The notes beneath the pieces were generated by a model, which saw only the letters and a list, made by a program, of their open reading frames with translations, ran no database searches and was not told the origin of the DNA. From Phoronis australis (Eukaryota; Animalia; Phoronida): a stretch of 64,000 nucleotides of DNA. The DNA lies in the NCBI GenBank assembly GCA_002633005.1, contig NMRA01000600.1, forward strand, positions 190,399 through 254,398, read 5' to 3'. Position numbers and translations under genes: made by a program. This document shows, in pieces, positions 38,451-50,273 of the stretch; within the stretch, counting starts at the first letter, position 1; every line of letters begins with the position of its first letter.

Positions 38451-40034
38451 TTTCAGCAACGCACCTAACGAACTCAGTATTCCTCATGCACACGGTTCAT
38501 CGATCGGTTGTCAAACAAAACTCAGGTATCTCCAATAGTAACACTGATGACGTCAATGAGTTTTTTGTTACAAATAGCAGCATGGAAAAAAAACAGGTCA
38601 GTCGCCCAAGGTAGGCACAGAATCAAAGGCAGTTTGACAGAAGACTGCTGCAAAAAGGCAATTGGCGGATCTAACAGTCACCTCCTCACCGAAGCTGGAA
38701 AGAATGAGGTAGGAATCATTTCATTATATCATAGTGACTCTACATTTGTATGTCGCATATTTGACTTTGAATACCTACGGTACAACGCCGTTAAGCTGTA
38801 AGTTTCTACATGTATTTTCGTGAGCAGCATGAATATCGAAACCATCAGCGTCTTATGAGGAAAACGCTTCAGAGATTGGCAATGGCTAATCCTAAAACTG
38901 CGAATTCGAAAATGATACATGTAAGATCGTATGTGACTTGAGCTGGAAATGGAAGTAGAATCATTTAATAAAGAATTTTAAGAGATCGGTTCGATAAGAC
39001 AAAAATATGTCTGATTCATGTCTTTGTCCTAGACATGGGGAAAGCTGCCTTAAAAATTACAGTATGGATATCTTGAGATCCAGCACACTTCGTACACCAT
39101 TACAATTTTTTGCACGTCACTGTGTATTTTTAAAAACGAACACGTAATTCAGTGCTGTTATGTTATGTAATTCTTATAAAATCTAAAATAATCATGTTTC
39201 AATTTCATGATACGAGTGCAACATTAGGGACACCGAGGTTTATATACATTTGTGTATACAGAAACCATTAGGTGTACCGCTATCATTTTTCGTTCTTTAA
39301 CACTTTATTTTCTACATTAAAAAAGCAAATTAAGTCAAACGTGGGCTTTACTTATATTCATAACAAACCTGGCATTTGGAAATCCAAAGGATGAACAGGA
39401 AACATTAAGGAGGCCACGGTTCAGCAAGGCACAAGTGCAAATGTATGATAGCCACGGCTGCAAAACTTGAATACAGAGAAAAATATGGCAAAAATCACAC
39501 TGTACAGTGCTACTTTGTTTAGGTCAAAAGGACTACCATAGCCACCAGCAACATAATGTAAGCTTAGAAATAGGCAGCACCTTTGACAGGATCCGGTTAC
39601 ACAATACATACTGTTCTCTGTAACAATCAAACCTTCCTCTAAAATCAACTTTTTAAGTCTGCAAGACAATATATAGGGGCTGAGTTATCATTTCACTCAA
39701 ACACCTCAAGGCGGAACACATATTTAACATGCATCTTATTATCAATAGCGCATGTGAAAGGCCAGTCCAACATAGGAAAATGTAAACAGACTCGAATATG
39801 TGTACACATTAGACACAATGGTACAACAAACACCATTTAACTGCTCAGCGATCCAGAAATGTGTGATTATAATACATTCAGGTGAATGTAATCTATGTCA
39901 AAAACAAAACCATTATATTCCTCATATACATGCAATGTGATGATTCTTTTTCTACTTCTCGGATATTGTCAATAAAAAACAGCAGAAGTGATTTTCACCC
40001 AATTATTACCATGCATGCCTTTGTTTTTAAGAAT

Positions 40035-40582
40035 ACCAACACATTTCAGTCGGTAAAATCAATGATGGACTTTGGAAAACAACATTCAAAATTCATATTT
40101 CATAGCAGTTGTCAATGACTCGTACAACTCACAACATAGAGAAGGGGGACTTGTCACTGTTGGACAGATCAAACTCGCCAGGGAGTTCCGCCAAATACAG
40201 CACATGCGCGCTAATGGAGCAGGAATCTAAAACGATTGTTGACATCGAACTCATGTCATCTTCAGGTTACTACAAACTAAACTATCCCTAAATCCAAAGT
40301 AATTGACTTCTCTAACAACCGAGCTTGTCGTAAGGTACTCATCGATATGAAGTAGTGACAACAATTTTAGGAAAACAGCACGAAAACAACAAATCCTCAC
40401 AGTAAACTCAACGCAGAACCAAACAGGTGAGAAATTTTTGCCTCCTGAAACGTCATTTCCGGAGTACAGGGTGAGTAACTAATTAAATTGCGAAAAGCTG
40501 TAATTAAGTGAAAAATATGTCTGGGATTAATCAACCAACCTTATTTTTGCTAAACATGCCATGAAAAAGGTTGCTTTTGCCT
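40035..40582 (+). mobile_element. Older, decayed copy of the same Kolobok (transposase piece plus right TIR)
   Basis: NTFQSVKSMMDFGK and SPGSSAKYSTCALMEQESKTIVDIEL; right TIR ends GCCT followed by TTAA. Confidence 0.85.
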
Positions 40583-40769
40583 TTAAAGTTTATTTTGAAC
40601 AGTAGCACCTGTAAATTTGGATCCTACATCACAATGTATAAGAGCATCGCTCCGAGCCCCCTAGTGCCATAAATTGTCAAATGTAAGTAAATGTTGGGCA
40701 TACTCATGGTTTGCTCTTGTCTTCGTCAATGCGAGAATCACCTTTTAATTCAAACAGCTGCAATTAACA

Positions 40770-41010
40770 TCTGCACACAATGGTATTCTATTCAGACCCC
40801 TGTTCAATACAACTATTATCAGCATTTTTTGTTTGAGCAGGGAACTCATGGTGACAAAATAGGGTGGAAAAAGGCGAGTTCAGCTATAATTTTACGGGCC
40901 TGCATTTCCGTGATTTAACTGTCATTTTTTTATTTTGTTAAGGCTTTGCTAGGACTACCAGGTTAGCCCAATACATCTAAAATACCAAAATTCTGTTGAA
41001 GTTAGGCTTT
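40770..41010 (+). repeat. Dispersed repeat also at 56680-56910 (Kolobok-like right end)
   Basis: Shared GCTAGGACTACCAGGT..CCCAATACATCTAAA..GTTGAAGTT.GGCTTTA; the second copy ends in TTAA. Confidence 0.7.
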
Positions 41011-41599
41011 AGCAAATTGTGTTGCTTATTACACTATGACTTACGTTTCAACGACTGTACATACAAGTAAATTTAAAACAACTTTTGCAAACCTGCACTC
41101 AGGCTTTCTCATGCCCTTTTTCTTTCGTTGGAAACATTCATTTTCAATCTCTTATACTGCTTTTTCACATTCAGGTTCTGAATGAACTCCAACTTTTGCT
41201 GTCAGATGTTTGCCTGCAAAACACATTAAATGTTAAAATACTTCATACAAAAGGGACAGGGGATCTGAAAGCTATTAATATGCATTTCATTCAACTGACT
41301 GGCTTTACAAAATACAGTCTATCAAACTTTCCGAATCAAGATAACAATTACTGCACTCTCTACCTCATAAAAGACTTTAATCTAACACCCCAGTTTGTTG
41401 ACTATCTTTACAATGGGCCTGGGGTAAAAGAAGCAGTTGCCTGGGTCACACTAACCTATATTTGAAGGCGCGTTATACAATGAATGTACAATGGATATTC
41501 AATGTTTGCGCTCACTAGGCAAGCCTCTTTAGTTCGATGACTCCGAACTACTCTACCGTGTGAAAAAAGCAATTTACAGGTTGTGATATACAAGATACA

Positions 41600-42955
41600 G
41601 TGAAGTGCCCATTATTCCGTCCACGTGCGGAATATCTTGTGGGATATATACACAAAACGTAGCGAGAGTGGCGTTTATGAAGTAATATCCCAAGAGATGT
41701 TATTCCGCGTATCGACCACTAACTTCATTGCGCGCTGTAATCAAACGATCAATCAACAATTTTTTTAAAATTTGGTAGTCATTTCAAACCTCGTTTCCAA
41801 CCAGCACACTTTTCAACCAATATTATTTTGAAAGCCAGAATGTTTGAGCATTTTCACAGCATCCAGCTTTCACTGTAATAAAACAAAGAAGTCAAGTTTT
41901 ACCTCATCTAGTCGCCAAAACGAAATGCTGCACATTTTTATCAAACGCAAGAGCTATTCAACTTGATACGAAATCTCTGTTCAATGCAAATAGAGATCGT
42001 GAGTGGCAAGACTGTTATCATTAGCTGCTTTGTATGCCCTGCGAGAAATTTTATTACCCAAAGGCATGAAATTCCGAGTTCGTTCACGCTGTCTCAAAAA
42101 TCGGTATGGTATAGTTTTGGGAATTATCAACACCAAAATTGGTTATCTGTTGAAAAAATACAGCTTTTATCTTACTTTGTCCCTATATGAAAGCTTATAA
42201 AGTCTTTCTTTACCTGTACTTACAATCAAGATGGATTGAGTTACCCTGAAGGGCCAACGTGACACATGCCTGATCTTGAGACAATGTGTAATGTTATTTA
42301 TCCCACGCGGGTTGAATCTGTCTAGGGAAATACGGCCATGAAATGATTTTTCCGTATTCACCTCCTGCACTACTTCAACAGCGACCTCTGACATGGAAAG
42401 TTCAAAAGGTAGGTCAATATCCACTCGACGTCTTCAGCCGCTTCGATCATCAAAACTTTCCGAATATAGTTTAAAGTAATACAGTTGCAACAGTGTAACT
42501 AACACTTGACATGCAACCAGGCCCTAAACGCAAAATCTGGAACAAAACTGTTAATTATAACACACTTATGTCTCAGTTTTCAATTGCTGAATACTATATC
42601 GTCTGCAACTCAAGCGCCGAGTCCTAGGAAATTAAAATGTCAAATATTGTTGTTTTTTAACTATTTTCAGGAGATGTTACAAGTTCACTGCAAAGTTGCC
42701 GCTGTTTTCATCTTTGCTACCTCTTTTCATGAAATAAATCGTTACTTTTAAAATTGTTACTTTTACAAGAGAAAACTTGCAACCTAGCGCGAAAGTACAT
42801 TCATGTAGGATGTGATCCGTCATGTGAACAGTCTTGGTGAAGTATTTGAAAAATCTTCCGAAAAAATGTAAGAAACATACGGGTTCGAAGCGCATGAGAT
42901 AATTACCTTATTCCGCGTGTCTCGTGGGATTTTACTTCATGTACGTCACTCAAGG
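41600..42955. mobile_element. Crypton-like non-autonomous element (hairpin-bearing ends)
   Basis: Left end has an inverted pair (CGGAATATCTTGTGGGATAT / ATATCCCAAGAGATGTTATTCCG); right end repeats TTATTCCGCGT and CTCGTGGGATTTTACTTCAT; second copy at 27195. The superfamily call rests on architecture only. Confidence 0.45.
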
Positions 42956-44179
42956 TACGTTTTGTGTATTTATGGCTTAACTAAGAAATTTAGCCAATGG
43001 GCAAGTGGATTCAATGTCAGTGTTCTTAGTTCAAACTCCATGTATATTGACAGGGAACGTGTTCATTGACCACCATTCATCAAACTATTAAACTCTCTGT
43101 GTTAAAAATCTTTAATAACAATGCTCATCTGGGATATATATTATTAATCCCAAATTAGGCTTTCCTAACAATAATGGGACACTTGATTTTAAACTAAACA
43201 TAAAGATTAACGTAAGATTCAATATAAAACCTGAAATATTTCACAGAGAGATTGTGCCATTGGGAAATCAAAACTATTAAAATCAGTGTACGTTTCCTTG
43301 TAATATTTTTACAACATCAAATGGTGGCATAATAGATTGCCTTGATTTTTAGTTTCAGAAAATATATACCAACCCAAGATGGGTTGATAGGATCTTGAAA
43401 ATATTTTAAGATGAAGTAGACATTTAATGAGGGTTACACGTAACCTCAATGCATCCAAATGTGTCTTGAAGATCCCAAATAATGTCATGTTGCCTTACCT
43501 GTGTTCCCTAAGGAAGGTGATGAAATAACAATTTTAGTTCGTGTATAAACTAGTAGAAACACTTACCTGTGATACAATAAATCTGGTCAGCATAGCCAAT
43601 AAATCCAACTGTCGACCAAAGAAGACTACAACATTAATTCACCAATCTCAAGAATACTGTTTAGGGTTTTCCTTTTAAACACTTAGTTTTGCCTATTATA
43701 AGATAAACAAATACAGCAGCTATTATTTACAAAAATAGCTTACGTTTTGCAAGATAATTTGTCATGATAGAAATAAAATTCCATGAGTAATTGAAAATTC
43801 CTGATGTCATATTTTGTGATAAAATTGTGAAGTTTTCATTTAAAAAGTATTTCTTACAATCATCCAAAAGCATTGTTTTGGTATGGGTGTACCTTTCTTA
43901 AAACTGAAATTTTGACTAAAAAGTGGAAACATAATAATGAGTATAAAACATACTTTTACACACATGGATGTTTTTACCGAAAATATGTACTTTTGCTAGT
44001 TGGCAATGCCTAGTTTTATGATGCATGACACAAAATGGAGGTCACTAAATAAGGTTTGAGAAACCTAAAAACACACGCAATGCCGAGTATTGAAATGCAC
44101 CCACGACAGCATTGTGAATGGTGTGCTTCAAGGGTTGTTCTTAGTTTAAGAAATATGGCCATTGGATGTGTTGAACCAT

Positions 44180-44860
44180 TATGAAATTGAAAAGGTGCCA
44201 TAGTATCTCTAATACAAATCGATATGCCAAATTTCTAGTAATTGCCAGGATACAGAGGCAAGTACAAAAACTGAAATTGCTACCAGGGGGAGCACAGTCA
44301 TAGTCAGATCCATCCAAAAAGTTGCGAGCAATCATTATCAGGTTTAGAAGCGAACGCCTTCAAAAGTTTAAAGATCCTTTAAAATAATCAGTAGCTATGT
44401 GTGTAGCTGCAAAACATGCAAAATCACTACCAGGGGGCACCACAGCTAGTACACCGTCCAAAAATCACCGTCAACCATGGTCTTCTCATTGGGAACACTT
44501 CTGTCAATTTTCATCATGATCCTTTGAATGGTTTGGTTGATAAAAGGCGGACGTCAAAGAAGTAGTCAAAAAAAATTTTAGTGGCAACCAGGTAGCTCAG
44601 CATATGACATCGGTCTCAAAATGGAAAGGCATTGTCGTCTCCATAAGAGAAATATATTTGTTAAATTTTATGAAAATTCATTTCGAAACTCCAGAGATAC
44701 AGAGGCAAAAGTAAAATTATAAAATTGCCAGTTTGAGGACTGTGATTGTCAGATTTAGCTGAAACTTATCATCGCCTGTCGTCAGCTGTATATGAACACA
44801 TTTATAAATCTTATTAAGATGTTGCAAGGCATTTATGAGATACTGCCGCAGATGGCGGAA
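44180..44860 (+). repeat. Degenerate ~145-bp tandem units with CTACCAGGGGG motifs
   Basis: Motifs at 44280 and 44427, with related units near 44580 and 44725; GATACAGAGGCAA and (T/C)C(A/G)TCCAAAAA recur; related to 47150-48090. Confidence 0.6.
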
Positions 44861-46689
44861 GAAACCCATGGAGAAGCGCCAACATAAATATCCATGTGCT
44901 TAAAATCACTTTTTGGGCTATTCGGCCCAAAATTATCATGGCATTCAGCATCTGATAATTGTATTGCATCCCTGTTGTTTCAATTGACGTATACTTACCA
45001 TTTTCACTAACTCTGAAAGAAAAAGGTCCGAGTCTACAAAAAATAAATACATTGAAATCTATACAATAATGGTGATGCTGAAATGTCACAATATACATTT
45101 CTATACAGAGTGAATGCCATTCGCCTAGGTTTCCATGCCGAGTAAATACTTTCATTACAACATTTTTGGAGTGTGAAACCAAACAGTGAAAGTCAATAAT
45201 TATATAATATTTTGAAAATTAACTGATTTCAGCATCAATTTTTATTCAAAAATGGGCGCCGCAGTGGTGAAATCTGACCCATGTAACATGGTTTCTAACT
45301 CAAGTTCTGCATGCCTAATGCTATTTCCGTGGAAACTCCGCCCACTTTCTAAACAAACTGATGCCCTCGCCTTTATCGCGTCCCCGAAGGTGATAAGGGA
45401 AATAGACGGTGTAATTAACTAAAGCGCCAATGACCGGAAATGCTTAAATTCAGCTAAATACAAAGCATGCTACGCCCAGACAAATAAAAGTATAGACAAT
45501 CTCACTGACCCAAAGTTCCACTGTAGTTCTTGTTAAGTGCTACAGAAATGACATACTACAAGGAAAGCAAAGAGTGGCCCGTAGAAAGATCATGTTATCT
45601 TGATGTCCACCCTGGAATGACAAGGCTTGAACTAACAAATAAAATCTACCGGTATTTTACATATACTTAAATAATTTAGGATGACTCTTATGATCACAGT
45701 ATCTATATTGAGGACAACCATAGAAGCCACGACAAATGTCGATTGTGATGAATATCACGATGACTAAAGTGATTTTAAGCTTTCAACAGCAATGCATGTA
45801 CTAAGTTGAAACTGAATGAAAAATCGTGATGATGGTGATGGTGAATAATGAGGACAAAAATGCAGTACATGGTAAACAGAAAAACTTGTAGCGAGAAAAC
45901 AGTTAATAAAAGAGCAGCCATCAGAAAATATCCAATAAATGGAGAAACGAATGATACATACCCAGTTTCAAAAATGGTGTGAAGAGTAACATCAAAATGG
46001 CTGCAACCATGCATCCGATATGATGATCAGACAAAGAACTCGAAGACAAAGCAAATAACAAACTTAGTGGAAAAACTACTGTCAATATTACTAGCGTACT
46101 GTCAGTTGTACAATAATTTATGACTTAGTGCCCATTTCACAGTATGCAATCTTTAAGATGTAGTCAATGGGCATAGCATCAATTCCTTTCACTACAATAC
46201 AGGTAACGCAATTTCTAAGATATTGAATTGTCCTTCAAATAGTTGACATGCTGAAGATCAAGCACAACGAGGAGTTGAGCGGAGACACCTGCTGTTTCTG
46301 ACCGTTAGGACTAGCCTGCCTGATACAGCTGGACGGTCTACCACAACAACATAACGTTTTGAGAGCTGCTTCTTTGTTTTAGCCAACATTGTGTGTCAAT
46401 GGACAATATCCGTGTTTCGAAGAATAAGACATAACGATAATATTCCCCTCCATTTTTGTACATGACTGGTAAAACATGTGGTGTACTGCAAAAGTTGAAA
46501 AAAACATTTCCTCACATGTTCTTTTGATTTTAAATTCCCACATTTTACCCCAATTTACTCGTGCTGTAACATGCTGTGGTTTCCACAACTGCCGTGGACT
46601 ACGAGTATTACAAAAACGTGTTGTTCGAAATATACATATAGATTATTACATGGCGAAGTCGTTATCCCTAGTTATCTAGAGCTTGAGTG

Positions 46690-46749
46690 GATTTTGGAGA
46701 ATTATCACCCTACGGGCGTTAGCACCGAGGTTGATAATTTTCCAAAATC
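46690..46749. repeat. Crypton-like subterminal hairpin
   Basis: GATTTTGGAGAATTATCACCCT / AGGTTGATAATTTTCCAAAATC, 20 of 22 positions paired. Confidence 0.75.
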
Positions 46750-46750
46750 T

Positions 46751-47150
46751 ATATAGAGGGCTTCGCTCTCTGGCCCCCTTTCGGCGAGGCCCCCTATGTT
46801 AATATAGGAGGGCCTTCCGGAAATGTGGCCGGAGAGCGGGCCACTTTTAATTAATATAGGTAGCCCCGTTAAAGGACGGCGGATGAGCGCGGCCTGCTAT
46901 ATTAATATAGAGGCCCCGCTCTCCGGTTGCCTTCCGGCGAGACCCCCTATATTAACAAAAAGGGTCCCACTTCATGACGGTTTTCAGCGAGGCCCCCTAT
47001 AATAGTATAGGCGGCCTTGTCGAAAGGCGGCCAGAGATCGGCGCTTCCGATATTAATTTAGGGTCCTCTCCGGAAGGCAGCCTATGAGCGAAGCCCATTA
47101 TAGTAATATAGAATGCACAGCCGGAAGATGACTGACGAGCGAGACTTCTC
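46751..47150. repeat. ~50-bp-period array of palindromic CTATATTAATATAG cores with related cassettes in mixed orientation
   Basis: Cores start at 46794, 46846, 46897, 46947, 46997, 47048 and 47098; eight 36-39 bp cassettes, oriented F,R,R,F,F,R,R,R. Confidence 0.9.
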
Positions 47151-48090
47151 AAAAAAATCACGCCAATTCCTTTTCCCGTTTGTTGCACCCCAGCACTATT
47201 GAAAAATGATGAAAATGCAACAAAGCCGCCATTTTGAAAACAGTTTCCAGTAACGGAGCACTGATGATAGAAATCTACAAAAAATATCAGATGAAAAATT
47301 TTGAAGCAATTGGGCATCGCAAACAGCATGCTTCTTGTGACGTATATTTGTAACATAAAAATGGCCATCAGATGGCGCAATTCTGTCAAGTCCATCCGAA
47401 AACAGAAACATATCATCGTTTCTTTAATATAAAGTAATGGCCAATTTCCATAAAAATCTGTCAACAAACTTCAGAGAAACAAAGGCCGTAAAAAATGCAA
47501 CGGCCACTAGGGGGCAATGCACCTGAAAGTTGTCAACGTCTGTCCCCAACATGATATGAATACACTTGCTATATTTTGTAATGATCCTGCAGTAGGCTTA
47601 GGATATACATGTACAGCTACAAGCGCAAAAAGCTGCCACTAGGAAGCGCCACAGTAGTCAGTCGTCATCGTCAGCCGTTGACGGCCTTTAAAGATACCGA
47701 GGTAAATGTAACAAAATAAATTGCCACTAGGGGGCACACCAAAAGTCAGATCCGTCCAAAATTCGTCATCTTCTTTCGCCATCTTCATATGAACCCATCC
47801 GCCCGACGCCCAGACAGAGATGAAGGCAATATGCACCCACATACATGTATAGGTATGTGGGCGCATAGAAATGAGGCCTGTATGAGCATTTGAATCTGAC
47901 TTCGAAAACAAAATATCCAACACGTCCGCCATCTTGAATCTGATCAGGATGAACGATCATAGGCTTCTAGAATTTCGGGGTCTAGAAGTTGTGGGGGAAT
48001 CTTGTGCCAATTGGATGAATAGTGCGACCTGTATTTACAGTGCGAACAAACAAAATCATGATGTCAGAGCAAGATACTTGATGAAATTTC
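47150..48090 (+). repeat. Degenerate repeat with CCACTAGGGGGC motifs (related to 44180-44860)
   Basis: Motifs at 47365, 47504, 47636 and 47724; AGTCAGATCC(G/A)TCCAAAA is shared with 44302. Confidence 0.6.
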
Positions 48091-48253
48091 AATTGATGGC
48101 AGAGCAACATACAATAATTCGCCAAGTAATTAGGTAAATTAACGTATTCAAACAATGGAAGGGGTTGACAATGACTGCTTTTAAATTAATGGACAGCTAT
48201 ATACTTGTGACTTTCTGTCCACCAAATCCGTGTTGCTTTCTTGATCTCATTAA

Positions 48254-49190
48254 AGGAGCATGCCACCCCAAAAAACAACCTAATTTGTATCAATTTAGAT
48301 CGAGTAGTTCTACTCTATAACGACACGTACGGTTGCGTTACCTAACACCTGACGGCAGACGGAGGTGTTGAAATTATCCAATGACGTCATCGGTTTCACA
48401 CGCAGTCTGTTCAGCAGTTCACAATACGGGTTAATGGTGTCAGCTTATGCTTGAAGTCATCGTTTAACACCAATAAATCATCAAAATTCGATGTAAAACC
48501 CTTAAAAATACATCGAGTTCTTATAAAAACATGTTTTATTTCGCTCTTATACGGATTTATTGGTATTTGGACACACCGTAGACTACAAAGTTCGGCAGGC
48601 CAATAAGGTCCGTAACAGGAGTTTGGGGTCTGTTCGGAGATAATTTCGAAGTACTTTCCGTGAGATACAGACATGAGAACCTAGATCTGCGTTGTTTAGA
48701 CTTGTGATTTTTTTAGTTCTAAACACAAAACGCTTGTTATCCTGGGCAGTGGCTCGGAGCCCGATCGGGCCCGTCGCGGCCGGCCGGATTGACTCGTTAT
48801 CGATCCCGAGCGGGCCAGTGGATCGGAAACTGATCAGACATCACGAACATAAACCAGCCAAAGTTCAGTGGAAACTAAGCTTCCAGTCAAGAAAATACTA
48901 TACTAGTGAGACAAAGTAATGTGCACGTGATTATGTTGGTGAAATACCACGAAACTGCAAATCTACTTACTCGTCAGGGGCCGCGAATTCAGGTTCCGCT
49001 TTGGCCACAGCACCGTCAGGGCAGAAGTTGTACATTGACAATCATTATTTGAGTAATGTAAATGCAATTAAAGATCCCCCTAACACCTGGCCGTGGGATG
49101 GAAATCGAGTTGTTTCACAACAGTTTCTTCCAGCAAACACTAAATTAGCCTGAGCTCACCGATGCATCGCTGCCTCCCGAGGTTTTCAAA
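48254..49190 (+). mobile_element. Non-autonomous Kolobok-like element (left end)
   Basis: Starts TTAA|AGGAGCATGCCACC; homologous copies at 1-420 and 53227-53522; matching right TIR not found. Confidence 0.6.
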
Positions 49191-49371
49191 TAGCGTCACT
49201 AAGATTTTTAAGTTCCTGCGAAGTCGGGATTAACCGCAATTTAAGTCCAAATCTGTGCTAGATGTCACCAGGCAATCTGGACGAACTCACATGTTGTTGT
49301 TACGTGACGTTTGTTTTGAAGTTCATCTGCGTGTGTGCGCTGAGTGAGCAAGATTCACTTACGTTGGTAAG

Positions 49372-49715
49372 TACACTGTTTCTGTTCTGAAATGCCAGAC
49401 CATAGTGGGACACGTGCCTCGCGAGATCTGCAAAAATTTTAAATTAATTCTTTTTGAAGCACTGCAGAAGTTTGAAGTGTATATTTACGGCTAAATACCG
49501 ACACAGCGGTGAGTCTCGTGGTCTAGAAATTTGGCGCACTATGATTTTTTCAGGACTGTCGGATATTATTGATAAATTGAAGATGTTAGTGTACAATTGA
49601 AGAACTCTAGGTAAGGCATTTTTCAAATGTATACACATCCATGGGCTCGGTCCTTATTTTAACGAAGTCTGAAAACACTTATTGGGGCAATTGGAGCTTA
49701 TTAGGGCAAATATGG
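49372..49715 (+). pseudogene. HIRAN-like domain remnant followed by a Tc1/mariner/pogo-type terminus
   Basis: YTVSVLKCQTIVGHVPREICK, frameshift, then FFLKH...CIFTAKYRHS...GLEI...IFSG...IIDKLKMLV*; followed by GCTTATTAGGGCAAATATGG|TA. Confidence 0.65.
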
Positions 49716-50187
49716 TAGTTGTGAATTTTTGTCCACTGAATTTGTGTTGCTCTCTTGGTCTCATTTATACTTTAGACAGTGCCAATATGAAAAGACCTCT
49801 ACTGCAGGGGAAAATGTTAACATGACCCTATTGACTCTATCTTTTGTCCAGAGTCCTTCTAGTCAGCAGAGCATTGTTGAGACTGGGATATGATCTATCC
49901 CATTATTAAATTGGTCAGGTATCCATTGTCAGGTATGGCAGCTGTCATACCAATCATCTACAATATTTCCAAAGAGATCATAAACAAAGACATTTATTCA
50001 ATGAATTGTTCCCACAGTGGTTTAGGTCTTAGTTGTGTTAGGGCAATGATCAAACAAAAGGCCTGGTTGTTTGTTCTTGTAAATGATACAGTGGGCAGTT
50101 TAAGTACCAGGATTTAACTGGAATTAAATGTGACCAGGTGATTTCTTTAGTTTCAGTTGCATAACCAAAGCAAATGCTGCAAAAGGT

Positions 50188-50188
<1 letters not shown>

Positions 50189-50250
<62 letters not shown>

Positions 50251-50273
50251 GGGTGTGTGTGTTTGTGTGTGTG
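50189..50273. repeat. (GT)n microsatellite
   Basis: Directly visible. Confidence 0.99.

Noticed and set aside
39421-39669. DLNK as DPAGT1 exon 1, or YVAGG as a Kelch repeat
   Set aside because: Surrounding residues fit neither and no exon boundaries are supported.
41963-42190. Tyrosine recombinase remnant (SVWYS) inside the Crypton-like element
   Set aside because: No catalytic R-H-R-Y motifs recognisable.
43562-43660. Minus-strand exon candidate ending CAG|GTAAGT
   Set aside because: Good donor, but upstream stops in all frames and no recognisable protein.
45775-46014. Hydrophobic ORF with a His run
   Set aside because: AT-rich low-complexity sequence plus a short trinucleotide repeat; no gene evidence.
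46751-47150. CRISPR array interpretation of the palindromic repeat plus ~36-bp spacers
   Set aside because: The spacers are homologous to each other, the repeat is only 14 bp and degenerate, the context is eukaryotic, and no cas genes are present.
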